Source: a virus. From it: a stretch of 47,617 bases of DNA. Shown here in pieces: positions 1 through 12,891 of this stretch. The notes below the pieces were generated by a model. The model worked only from the letters and a program-made list of their open reading frames with translations. It was not told the DNA's origin and searched no databases. The stretch lies in UHGV virus genome UHGV-0374065; one strand, given 5' to 3'. Every line of letters begins with the position of its first letter. Position 1 is the stretch's first letter. Made by a program: the position numbers and the translations under genes.

Positions 1-20
1 ACCAATTAAGCTACGCGTCC
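1..20 (-). tRNA. 5' 20 nt of a tRNA gene whose 3' 57 nt lie at 47561..47617 (gene spans the window junction)
   Basis: Reverse complement of 1-20 is GGACGCGTAGCTTAATTGGT. The acceptor 5' strand GGACGCG pairs with CGTGTCC from the window end (one G-U). U8-A9, D-stem GCTT and D-loop AATTGG are present. Confidence 0.6.
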
Positions 21-215
21 ATAAGTGCTGGTTTAAGCATTGCCAGCGTGCTTTCTTAACATCCAGCCCCGAAACCCATACATACCCATACATATGATTG
101 CGATAATGCTGGATATTAAGTGTTGTGGTGGCCGGTGCTGATCTCCGGCATAAGGCGCTTATTCGGCGGCGTCGAGCTTGCTTATTCGCTTGAGCCATCC
201 TCGTGAGTCAGCCAC

Positions 216-282
216 GTCCCACTGCGCATCAGCCTGCGCATTCACCACAACGGAAAGAGCACTGATGCGCTCACTTGGGACT
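216..282. repeat. Large imperfect inverted repeat (about 16-bp arms, about 30-nt loop) inside a roughly 580-bp non-coding stretch
   Basis: GTCCCACTGCGCATCAG ... CTGATGCGCTCACTTGGGAC. Direct repeats GCTTATTCG x2 (156-191) and CATACATA-like repeats (77-96) lie nearby. Confidence 0.5.
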
Positions 283-516
283 CCTTAGCCATAACCCACG
301 GGCTTCTGGTAAACCAATGCTCTTACCTGTTGTGTTCCCTGACTTATTAATCACACCTCAGGGACGCAGTGCGCCGAATTTGTTTACAAGGAATCGGAAG
401 ACCTTGCTGACTTACAGGCTATTACGCCGCCATCAGAACAACATCATCGTTTGCATTTATCTTTGTGGTCAGTTTCTAAAAAGTCCGCAAAGTCGCTCAC
501 GAAAACTATCTGAAAT

Positions 517-563
517 ACAATCTACACCACAAAATAATCGCTGTCAACACCTGTGATATAATC
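517..563. promoter_or_regulatory. Divergent promoter cassette upstream of the major tail gene
   Basis: Plus strand has an extended -10 TGaTATAAT (554-562) followed by RBS GGAG and ATG 599. Minus strand has TTGACA(543-548)-N17-TAGATT(520-525). The box CAATCTACACCAC (518-530) is present. Near-identical architecture recurs at 1912-1960. Confidence 0.5.
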
Positions 564-598
564 ACCACGTTAGCAGCTAACACAATTCGGAGATCGAA

Positions 599-1318
599 AT
601 GGCTATTTGTGCAAATGATAAAGGCGTTCTGGTCGGTCGCATGACCCGACTGTTCCTTGCTGAAGGGTGCGGCGACGCAGTTCCGGATGCAGGCGACTGG
701 AAGTATTTAGGCTCAACCACCAGTAAAGGCGTTGACTACTCGCCGCAGACCACTACGTCGGAAGCGGATACCGCTGGCGGCTTTGTTTCTACTCTCGTTA
801 CCAGCTCTGATATGACCATCAGTGCAGAGGTAGAAATCCGCAAGAATGACCCGAGCGATGAGTTTGGCTTCCATCGTCTTGTTGAGATTTACACCACTGA
901 ACTGAAGGCTCGCCGCCAGCCTTCCTTGTGGGTGCGTCAGGTGACTGGTGCAACTATCGTTACCGCGTATTGCAACATCACCAACATCAGATCCGAAGGT
1001 GGCACGAACGATATCGTTACTGGTAGCCTTGAGTTTAAGGTTTACGATTCTGACAGCGTTACCGTAGAAAGCCTTGAACCTCTGGCATTCACTACCGACC
1101 TGCAATCAACTGGCACGGCCGGAATACCGTTAACCGTTGCTGTTGAAGGTGGCGTTACTCCTTACACTTATGTATGGCGCAAAGATGGCGCAGTTGTTGA
1201 TGGTGAGTCTGGCGCATCTCTGGAAAGCCCTACCGCTGGCGTGTATACCGTCACGGTAACTGATTCATCTACCGACCCGGAAATTATCATCAGCACGGCG
1301 TGCACGGTACCCCGATAA
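599..1318 (+). CDS. Major tail (tube) protein with C-terminal Ig-like (Big_2-type) domain, lambda gpV-like architecture
   Basis: 239 aa. The C-terminal block LAFTTDLQSTGTAGIPLTVAVEGGVTPYTYVWRKDGAVV is Ig-like. The gene sits directly upstream of the tape-measure cluster. RBS GGAG. Confidence 0.65.
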   Translation: MAICANDKGVLVGRMTRLFLAEGCGDAVPDAGDWKYLGSTTSKGVDYSPQTTTSEADTAGGFVSTLVTSSDMTISAEVEIRKNDPSDEFGFHRLVEIYTTELKARRQPSLWVRQVTGATIVTAYCNITNIRSEGGTNDIVTGSLEFKVYDSDSVTVESLEPLAFTTDLQSTGTAGIPLTVAVEGGVTPYTYVWRKDGAVVDGESGASLESPTAGVYTVTVTDSSTDPEIIISTACTVPR

Positions 1319-1320
1319 AG

Positions 1321-1348
1321 AAAAGCCCCGAAAGGGGCTTTGTTTTAT
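1321..1348. terminator. Rho-independent, probably bidirectional terminator
   Basis: AAAAGCCCCG-AAA-GGGGCTTTGTTTT. It abuts the 3' end of the minus-strand gene ending at 1345. Confidence 0.7.
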
Positions 1349-1545
1349 TCTTGTGGTGGTTCTGGCGGATTGGCCCAGTGGGTAGCTGGAATTCCGTGAC
1401 AGCAGTCCAATTCACTAACAAATATCTTGCTGCCAATATTATCGACAGCTTTACATACCGCAGTTCTAACAACACCGCGAAATGCTGTAAGAACCATCGT
1501 TCCTTCTTCTGGCATTCGCTCACTACACTTAATCCACTGGCTCAT
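1345..1545 (-). CDS. DUF551-like phage protein
   Basis: 66 aa starting MSQWIKCSERMPEEGTMVL, a typical DUF551 N-terminus. ATGA overlap with the upstream small ORF. Confidence 0.5.
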   Translation of the reverse strand: MSQWIKCSERMPEEGTMVLTAFRGVVRTAVCKAVDNIGSKIFVSELDCCHGIPATHWANPPEPPQE

Positions 1546-1685
1546 ATCACCTTGTCCTCATCAAAAATCACGCCAATAACGCGAAGTAAGTCTTTCGCCA
1601 TGCGTTCCGCTTCCTCGTAGTCGTAACCTGCATCAACATACAAATCAGTGTAGAAAATCAGGTCAGCTTTTGTTTGTTCGTTCAT
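1542..1685 (-). CDS. Small hypothetical protein (47 aa), translationally coupled between Imm-like and DUF551 genes
   Basis: MNEQTKADLIFYTDLYVDAGYDYEEAERMAKDLLRVIGVIFDEDKVI. ATGA start/stop overlaps at both ends. Below the ORF-track size cutoff. Confidence 0.4.
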   Translation of the reverse strand: MNEQTKADLIFYTDLYVDAGYDYEEAERMAKDLLRVIGVIFDEDKVI

Positions 1686-1888
1686 TTCTTGTCGCCACTG
1701 TTAACTAATGCCCAAACAAGTGCCGCAACCCATCCAATAAAGCTCCACCCGACAAGAATATTCAGTACACAGATTGCTGTCGTGTTTGTGTGCTTGCGTT
1801 GCAAAGCCACAAATGATGGAAGAAGATAAACAAATATAACCAATCCAGCAAAAAGCAACAAAATAACAACATCCATAACTCGCCTCAT
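1682..1888 (-). CDS. Superinfection-immunity-like small membrane protein (Imm_superinfect family)
   Basis: Two transmembrane segments, motif GWSFIGWVAALVWAL. Likely true start at ATG 1876 (MDVVILLL) with SD AGGCGAG. Transcribed from minus-strand promoter TTGACA-N17-TAGATT at 1912-1940. Confidence 0.55.
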   Translation of the reverse strand: MRRVMDVVILLLFAGLVIFVYLLPSFVALQRKHTNTTAICVLNILVGWSFIGWVAALVWALVNSGDKK

Positions 1889-1911
1889 TCATATCTCGTT
1901 TCGATGATTTG

Positions 1912-1960
1912 AATCTACATCACCACCTCGCAGGTGTCAACACTACTGAGATGATATAAT
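1912..1960. promoter_or_regulatory. Divergent promoter cassette inside the tail gene cluster
   Basis: Minus strand has TTGACA(1935-1940)-N17-TAGATT(1912-1917) driving the Imm-like operon. Plus strand has an extended -10 TGaTATAAT (1952-1960) driving the gene at 1981. Box AATCTACATCACC is present. Confidence 0.55.
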
Positions 1961-1980
1961 CAACATCAGTCAAATTCAGG

Positions 1981-2727
1981 ATGCAAAACATGAGCAATCG
2001 CACGCCACTAACAGAAATCGGGGAGATGAGCATCTCGCTTTCTGACAGGAGTTTTTTCTTTAAGCCATCATTCCGTGCCATGAATGAAATTGGCACGCCA
2101 AAAGAAATCGTCGAGGTATACGCTAAGCTCAATGGCATTGATTATATTGCGCCGTTGCAGCACGTCGAATACCTGCCATTTGGCGCGCAGATGCAGGTTA
2201 TGAAGACCATCAGCAAACCTGTGTATGGTCGCCATGTACTGAGCGCAGCCTATATCGTCATGCAATCATGCTGTGAAGATGATATTTCTGTGCTGATTGG
2301 TGGATGGAAGCCAACACCGCGCGGTGTGCGATACGTGCCGGGAGTAATGCCAATTGGCGGCACTGGACATTTGCCAGGTGGAACAGGTGGAATTATTGAG
2401 ATTGCCCGCTCATTAATGGAGCACGGCATTATTGGCAAATCACCACTCAAAGTGCCTGAGCGTCTGGAAGAGCAGGGTAAGAAAACCACAAATGAGTTTC
2501 ATGCGTCGCAATACATCATCTCAGCGCGCACGCATTTCGACATGACGCGTGATGAGGCCGAAAACCTGTCCATGACAGAGTTTCAGATGATGATTAAAAA
2601 TAAATATCCAGAGCCGAAAGGGTTAACGAAAGAAGAGCGCGCGGCAGAGTACGATCAGGCTAAAGCAGACCGTGAGCGCATGAAGGCACTGGCTGAACGC
2701 AAAGCGAAAAAAGCGAGGAATACATAA
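1981..2727 (+). CDS. Putative tail assembly chaperone (position of lambda G/GT)
   Basis: 248 aa between the major tail and tape-measure genes. Stop overlaps tape-measure start (TAATG). No recognisable motif, so the call is by synteny. Confidence 0.35.
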   Translation: MQNMSNRTPLTEIGEMSISLSDRSFFFKPSFRAMNEIGTPKEIVEVYAKLNGIDYIAPLQHVEYLPFGAQMQVMKTISKPVYGRHVLSAAYIVMQSCCEDDISVLIGGWKPTPRGVRYVPGVMPIGGTGHLPGGTGGIIEIARSLMEHGIIGKSPLKVPERLEEQGKKTTNEFHASQYIISARTHFDMTRDEAENLSMTEFQMMIKNKYPEPKGLTKEERAAEYDQAKADRERMKALAERKAKKARNT

Positions 2728-5101
2728 TGGCTGAAGAAGTCGGCGGAATTGTCTATGAAGTCGGGATGGATGTTAAAGGCCTGAAGGCTGGCGCGACAAC
2801 AGCCAATAAGACTTTAGATGACCTTGAATCATCAACCAACAAAACCACAAGCGCCCTTGGCAAGCTGGATAAAAACGCCAGAAATGCTGGCAGCGGAATG
2901 AAAAATGCTGGCGGCGCAGCTTCAGGGCTAAAAACGCAGATGACGGCTCTTGCTGGCGCAATATCCGTGTCACTGATTATCGAATGGGGAAAGCGATTCC
3001 TTGATGTTGCCGATAACATGACACAACTTCAGGCAAGGATTGCTCGCTTGTCAACTGATGCGAAAACCGCGAACGAAACATTCAGTACACTGGCAAATAT
3101 CGCCTCGACCACTGGCGCAAGTCTCAGCGACACCACGAAGCTGTGGGAAACATTGACGTCATCACTGAAAGAGGCTGGCGCGACAAATGCGCAGGTTCTT
3201 AACCTTACTGACACTCTGCAAAAGATAGGACGAATCGGCGGGTCATCAACAGAAGAAATGGCGAACGCCCTGCGTCAGTTCGGTCAGTCAATTGCTTCTG
3301 GCACAATCCGCGCCGAAGAATTTAACTCCATCCTTGAACAGATGCCTGAACTTGCGCGCCAGATTGCAGCTGGACTTGGCATTTCAATGGGCGAACTTCG
3401 CGCCAGAATGCTTGACGGAAAGCTGACGGCAGAAGATGCACTGAATGCCATTCAGGACAGGACAAGCATCGTCAATGCTGAGTTTGAAAAACTTCCTCGC
3501 ACAATGGATCAGGCCGTTGGATCTCTTGAGGTTTCATTCTCCAAACTTGTGGTTGCCGTTAATGATGCTACTGGCGCATCAAAAACAGCAGTAGAGATTA
3601 TCGACCAGCTGGCAAAATACATTGATTTCCTCGGAGACAAATCAACCAGCACAAGCGACAAGATTCTATCTCTCGCCACTGTTATCTCGAAGTTAAACCC
3701 TGGCGCATGGGCGCAGATGGGAGTCGATGCGCTTTTTGGTGATGACGATATTGAAAAGCAAAAACAATATAACGATCAAGTCGAGCGATTCGTTAAGGCG
3801 TCAAAAGAAGGTTACGAGCAGACAAAGAAACAGGCTGAAGCGACAAAACACCTGAAGATTGCACAAGCACCAACCAAGGACAAAAAAGGCAAAGGAAAGG
3901 GCAAAAGCGCCGAAGAACGACAAGCTGAGTCAGTGGCTGAAAAGCTGGAGAAATTACGCCAGCAAACCATGCTTAATGCCACATCTACCAGCGAACTCTC
4001 CCGCGATCAAGCCATCCTCAACGCGCAGCAATCGCTTGGCAAGGCTGCCACTCAGGAACAAATAAAACTGGCTGGCGAGTACGCTGCGAAGATTTGGGAC
4101 CAGAGAAACGCGCTGAAGGAGCAGGCAGCAGCTGAGAAAGAAAAGCAGCGCGTAGAAAAATCATATCAGGGGTTGCGCGCCATTGCGTCACCAACATCTG
4201 GCATTGATAGTGAATACCAGCAACGCATGGCTGACCTTGACGCCTACGCCGCAGCATATCCACAAAAAATCACGGAGATTGAGCAGACTCGCGCAGCAAT
4301 TGAGGCACAGTACCGCCAGCAGAGAATGGACGCCATGTGGGCTGAATGGCAGCAGCAAAGCCTCGGGGCGCAATTGTTCGGCACGGCGCTTGATTCAGCG
4401 ATGAGTACAGCATCAAACAGCATCACTGGATTGCTCACAGGCACAATGAGCGTTCAGGATGCAATGCGCAGCCTCGGCTCTACGGTGCTGAATTCTCTGG
4501 TAAACAGCTTTGTTGAAATGGGCGTTCAGTGGGTTAAATCCGCCGTTATGGGGCAGACTGCGCAGGTTGCGGCAACAGCTACCACCACAGCGGCGCAAAC
4601 GGCAGGACTGGCAACCACAACAGCAGCATCAACTGCAGCGGCAGCAACCACTACCGCAGCATGGACTCCAGCGGCAATCGTAGCATCAATCGGTTCATTC
4701 GGCGGGGCGGCTGCAATTGGTGTAGGTGCTGTTCTCGGGGCACTGGCAATGGGTATCGCTGGCAAGCGAAAAAATGGCGGCTCAGTTAGCGCCGGAAGTA
4801 TGTACGAAGTGGGCGAAAATGGCTTGCCTGAAATATTCCAGGCGTCCAACGGTCGCCAGTATATGATTCCCGGCAACGATGGCTCAGTTATCAGCAACAA
4901 AGACATTACCGGAAGTGGCAGTGGCGTTGTGGTTTATAATAACGTGATAAATAACAGCTCTGCTCAGGTTAGCAGCAGTGCCAGAGATAATGGTGATGGC
5001 AGTGTGACGATTGAGACTATCGTTAGTGATATCGAAAACAACGGCCCTATCGGGCAAAGCATTGGAAGAAACTACTCAGCAAGCCGGAGGGCAACTGAAT
5101 A

Positions 5102-5102
<1 letters not shown>
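2727..5102 (+). CDS. Tail tape measure protein
   Basis: 791 aa. Lambda-type tape-measure N-terminal region (NANALRQFGQSIASGTIRAEEFNSILEQMPELARQIAAGLGISMGELRA), coiled coil, then Ala/Thr-rich hydrophobic repeats (4560-4790). Confidence 0.85.
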
Positions 5103-8906
<3,804 letters not shown>

Positions 8907-8945
8907 TACAATATACATCAAATTCACAAAGGAGCATTTATTATA

Positions 8946-11213
8946 ATGGCTACCACACCAACCAATAAACCAATTCCGTCAGAATACCCGCGCGACCTGA
9001 AGTTTAATGCTGGTAAAATTGACGAAGTTGTCAACTCTGACAATCACTACTACACCGATCGCTTTGGTCATCGCCGCTTTACAATTGCAGGATTCCAACA
9101 CACCGCAGAAGAAGCAATTCGTAACTATGGCTACATCACAATGGATAGCTTCGAGGATGGCGCGACGCTGACGTTACCGAATCAGGTTTTGCGCTATGAA
9201 GCTACTGGAGAATATTACCGCTGGGATGGTGAATTCCCTAAAACAGTCGCTTCTGGTTCAGCTCCTGCATCCGCTGGCGGTGTTGGAATTGGGAAATGGT
9301 TGAGTGTTGGTGATGCAGCCCTGCGCAGCCAGATTTCAGACCCGGATGGTGCGTCCAGTTACCCTGAATTGCAGATGGCAAGATGGCGTGATGAGGGTGA
9401 TGTTCGAGGCTGGGGTGCTAAAGGGGATGGTGTAACGGATAGTACGGAGAATATAGCTGCTTCACTAAATTCTCAAAAAGCTGTCGTAGCATCAGACGGT
9501 GTATTCTCTAGTTCTGGTATTAATAGTAATTACTGTAACTTAGACGGTAGAGGCAGTGGTGTACTAAGTCACCGTTCAAGTACAGGTAACTACTTAGTAT
9601 TTAACAATCTACGCTCAGGTCGCTTAAGTAATATTACGGTAGAAAGTAATAAGGCGACCGATACCACTCAAGGGCAGCAGGTATCTCTTGCTGGTGGTAG
9701 TGATGTTACTATAAGTGATGTTAATTTCTCAAACGTTAAGGGCATTGGTTTCAGTTTAATCACATACCCTAATGATGCACCCTCTGATGGGCTTATGATT
9801 AAAGGCATTCGAGGTAGCTACTCCGGCTATGCTACTAATAAGGCGGCTGGATGCATACTTGCTGATTCCTCGGTTAACTCCCTCATAAATAACGTCATTG
9901 CTAAGGACTACCCTCAGTTCGGGGCTGTAGAACTGAAAGGTACAGCCAGTTATAACATAGTCAGCAATGTTATAGGGGCAGACTGCCAGCATGTAACTTA
10001 CAACGGTACAGAAGGGCCAATAGCTCCCTCCAACAACCTTATCAATGGTGTAGTGGCTAATAATCCTAAATATGCAGCGGTTGTTGCAGGCAAAGGTAGT
10101 GCCAACTTAATCTCAGATGTGCTTGTAGATTTCTCAATCTCTGATGCTAGTAAGGCTCACGGTGTTACAGTAGAAGGCTCTGATAACGTAATAAGCAATG
10201 TGCTTATGTCAGGATGTGATGGTACTAACTCTTTAGGGCAAACTCAAACTGCTACAATTGCGCGCTTTATAGGTACAGCTAATAACAACTATGCGTCTGT
10301 ATTTCCTAGCTACAGTGCTACAGGTGTTATTACTTTCGAATCAGGTTCTACCCGTAACTTCGTAGAGGTAAAGCATCCGGGAAGGAGAAACGACCTTCTC
10401 AGTGCTACTGGTACTATTGAAGGTGCAGTTACTATTGACGGCACTAGTAATAGCAACGTAGTGCACGCTCCTGCATTAGGACAGTACATAGGCAGTATGT
10501 CCGGTAGGTTCGAATGGCGGATTAAGTCCATGTCACTTCCGTCAGGCGTTCTTACCTCGGCTGATAAGTACAGAATGCTTGCCGATGGGGATGTGTCATT
10601 AGCTGTAGGCGGAGGTACTTCTTCTCAAGTACGCCTGTTCACTTCTGACGGCACTTATCGAAATATATCACTTACTAGAGGTGACGTACGTCTTCCTACC
10701 AGTATAACAGGTTATTTGCGGTTAGGTTCTGATGTAATGACCCCAGATAGTACTAATACATACGCATTAGGTTCCGCAAATCGAGCATGGTCTGGCGGTT
10801 TTACTCAATCAGCATTCACTGTTATCTCAGATGCTAGGGATAAAACAGAGCCTCTTAATATCTCAGATGCTTTACTGGATGCTTGGTCTGAAGTTGACTT
10901 TGTGCGGTTTCAGTACTTGGACCGAATTGAGGAGAAGGGTGCAGACTCAGCTAGATGGCACTTCGGCATCATCGCTCAGCGAGCTAAGGAGGCCTTCGAA
11001 CGTCACGGTATAGATGCACATCGCTATGGCTTCCTGTGCTTCGACAGTTGGGATGATGTATACGATGAAGATGCCAATGGCTCTCGTAAACTGATTACAC
11101 CAGCAGGTTCCCGCTATGGTATTCGTTACGAGGAAGTACTGATATTAGAGGCTGCGTTGATGCGGCGTACTATTAAGCGTATGCAGGAAGCATTAGCTGC
11201 TATGTCTAAGTGA
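8946..11213 (+). CDS. Tailspike/tail fibre: conserved N-terminal anchor, pectate-lyase-like beta-helix domain, C-terminal intramolecular chaperone (peptidase S74-type) domain
   Basis: GAKGDGVTDST motif begins the beta-helix domain. C-terminal DARDKTEPLNISDALLDAWSEVDFVRFQYLD...WHFGIIAQ matches S74 chaperone domains. Strong RBS AAAGGAG. Confidence 0.75.
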   Translation: MATTPTNKPIPSEYPRDLKFNAGKIDEVVNSDNHYYTDRFGHRRFTIAGFQHTAEEAIRNYGYITMDSFEDGATLTLPNQVLRYEATGEYYRWDGEFPKTVASGSAPASAGGVGIGKWLSVGDAALRSQISDPDGASSYPELQMARWRDEGDVRGWGAKGDGVTDSTENIAASLNSQKAVVASDGVFSSSGINSNYCNLDGRGSGVLSHRSSTGNYLVFNNLRSGRLSNITVESNKATDTTQGQQVSLAGGSDVTISDVNFSNVKGIGFSLITYPNDAPSDGLMIKGIRGSYSGYATNKAAGCILADSSVNSLINNVIAKDYPQFGAVELKGTASYNIVSNVIGADCQHVTYNGTEGPIAPSNNLINGVVANNPKYAAVVAGKGSANLISDVLVDFSISDASKAHGVTVEGSDNVISNVLMSGCDGTNSLGQTQTATIARFIGTANNNYASVFPSYSATGVITFESGSTRNFVEVKHPGRRNDLLSATGTIEGAVTIDGTSNSNVVHAPALGQYIGSMSGRFEWRIKSMSLPSGVLTSADKYRMLADGDVSLAVGGGTSSQVRLFTSDGTYRNISLTRGDVRLPTSITGYLRLGSDVMTPDSTNTYALGSANRAWSGGFTQSAFTVISDARDKTEPLNISDALLDAWSEVDFVRFQYLDRIEEKGADSARWHFGIIAQRAKEAFERHGIDAHRYGFLCFDSWDDVYDEDANGSRKLITPAGSRYGIRYEEVLILEAALMRRTIKRMQEALAAMSK

Positions 11214-11291
11214 GTAATACTGGTACGGTTAGATCAGTAGAGTTGGTTAACAGTAGCCTACGTACTACCAGGCTATTATTTATCAAGGTAT

Positions 11292-11320
11292 AAAACCCCG
11301 CCCAGGCGGGGTTTGTTTTA
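11292..11320. terminator. Bidirectional rho-independent terminator between tailspike (+) and ssb (-)
   Basis: AAAACCCCGCC-CAG-GCGGGGTTTGTTTT. Confidence 0.75.
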
Positions 11321-11323
11321 TCA

Positions 11324-11830
11324 TCAGAACGGAATGTCGTCGTCGAAGTCAATCGGCGGCTCATTGCCTCCTTGTGGGCTTTGTTGTTTTTGTGGCTGTT
11401 GTTGTTGCGGATTTGTCCCCCATCCACCTTGAGGTTGCTGTCCTGATTGCTGGCGTGGTTGTTGCTGATCAGAATCATCACGTCTACCACCAAGCATCTG
11501 CATAACACCACCCATCTGCGGAATGACAATCTCAGTGGTGTATTTGTCCACGCCGTTGCTGTCAGTCCACTTACGAGTGCGTAGCTGGCCTTCGATATAA
11601 ACCTGAGAACCTTTGCGAAGGTATTCGCCTGCAATCTCAGCAAGTTTCCCGAAGATGACCACGCGATGCCACTCGGTCTGTTCTTTCTTTTCTCCTGTCT
11701 GCTTATCTTTCCACTGCTCAGATGTTGCAACAGAAAGGTTGGCAATTGAAGAGCCTGATGCTGAATATTTAACTTCAGGATCGTTTCCGAGGGTACCGAC
11801 AATAATTACTTTATTTACGCCGCGTGCCAT
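11324..11830 (-). CDS. ssb: Single-stranded DNA-binding protein
   Basis: OB-fold N-terminus, Gln/Pro/Gly-rich linker, canonical acidic tail DDDIPF. Confidence 0.9.
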   Translation of the reverse strand: MARGVNKVIIVGTLGNDPEVKYSASGSSIANLSVATSEQWKDKQTGEKKEQTEWHRVVIFGKLAEIAGEYLRKGSQVYIEGQLRTRKWTDSNGVDKYTTEIVIPQMGGVMQMLGGRRDDSDQQQPRQQSGQQPQGGWGTNPQQQQPQKQQSPQGGNEPPIDFDDDIPF

Positions 11831-11863
11831 TTATTAAAATCCTTCAATTGGAGTTGGTTTATG

Positions 11864-12883
11864 TTAGGTTTTTGTTTCTTCCTGCTGTTCTGGCTGATGA
11901 TGTTGCGGTTTAGCCAGTTTTGCAGGGTTGAAATTATCCTGTGGAGTTATTACCACAGGAGGTAATTGCTCATCATTGATAAAAGACTCAATGCGATCAT
12001 ATTCAGCAGCAGAAGCAGCGAGAGAAGGCCATATTGCACGAATCTTATCTTTCAGGTTATCAGGTATTGATTTCGCCTCTTCCTTCAGTCCTTCCATTCC
12101 TTTTGCTGCTGAAAGCTGAAGTCGTGAGCGCCATGATTCAAACTCTTCGTCAACTTTAACACCAGAGTCCACCCATTTGATGAGTCCTCGACCATGAGAC
12201 TCTCCAATATAGCCATGACGAACGCTTTCACGACCAGACTCAAAGAAGATGGGGCGTAGCTCTTCTGGTAATTTGGTGAACTCCTGAATTTTTCCTCCAT
12301 CGTGCATCATCATGCTCACGGTCATCTCGAACATGAAATCTTTCTCGCACACTGGCTGTAACCCAAGTGATACAGGTTCCTTCGGGTTTGCGAAGTCAGT
12401 TTTCTGGCGAGCGCGAAGACAGACAATGATATGCATATTGCTTTGTAGCATGGCATTCATGAACTTCTTGTGTTCAGCTTTGGCGCGCTTCCAGTCAGCC
12501 ATCTTTTTACCGTTAAGCAGCGGCTTTTCAGCAATCTCCGTGCAACTGCCTTCACCTTCCCATTCATGCGAACCTGAATCAATAACAAGAACCTTAACGC
12601 CGGCAGCCTGAAACTCTTCAATGGCCTGACGGTAACGGGCCGGGCTGAATGGAGCATACATATCAGCGTGCAGGAATTTGCCATCAAGGATGTTTGAGTA
12701 CAGGCGACCGCGACCATTTTCAGTATCAAGGAATCCGATTTCTTCTGGTGAGTCAACCATCCCGCGAGCCAGCTTAAGTGCGCTGTATGTTTTTCCGCTA
12801 CCAGACTGGCCTGAAATACCGATGACTACACGAGAACCTGAACGCTCTGCTGGTTTAATATTGAGAATACCCATTTTCATCAC
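11864..12883 (-). CDS. Sak4-like RecA-fold ATPase (AAA_24 family) of the recombination module
   Basis: Walker A GISGQSGSGKT. Lies between ssb and the exonuclease. Confidence 0.65.
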   Translation of the reverse strand: MMKMGILNIKPAERSGSRVVIGISGQSGSGKTYSALKLARGMVDSPEEIGFLDTENGRGRLYSNILDGKFLHADMYAPFSPARYRQAIEEFQAAGVKVLVIDSGSHEWEGEGSCTEIAEKPLLNGKKMADWKRAKAEHKKFMNAMLQSNMHIIVCLRARQKTDFANPKEPVSLGLQPVCEKDFMFEMTVSMMMHDGGKIQEFTKLPEELRPIFFESGRESVRHGYIGESHGRGLIKWVDSGVKVDEEFESWRSRLQLSAAKGMEGLKEEAKSIPDNLKDKIRAIWPSLAASAAEYDRIESFINDEQLPPVVITPQDNFNPAKLAKPQHHQPEQQEETKT

Positions 12884-12891
12884 CTCACTAA

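Noticed and set aside
275-556. 93-aa plus-strand ORF in the leader region
   Set aside because: It runs through the promoter/operator elements, has a low-complexity Arg/Leu-rich sequence, no RBS and no codon bias, so it is probably a spurious reading frame.
713-1105. Antisense and alternative-frame ORFs inside well-supported genes (e.g. 713..1105, 2753..3019, 4526..4906, 7860..8309, 11206..11802, 28650..28982, 30580..30936, 39653..40132, 42680..43339)
   Set aside because: Each lies fully inside a longer gene with clear homology or synteny and has no independent start signal.
1981-2727. Expected G/GT-type programmed -1 frameshift between the chaperone and tape-measure genes
   Set aside because: No second overlapping chaperone ORF or convincing slippery heptamer was seen by eye. 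Only a six-A run lies at 2706-2714. Left as a single gene.
4560-4790. Ala/Thr-rich repetitive DNA inside the tape-measure gene
   Set aside because: This is the low-complexity hydrophobic segment usual for tape-measure proteins, not an independent repeat element or CRISPR-like array.
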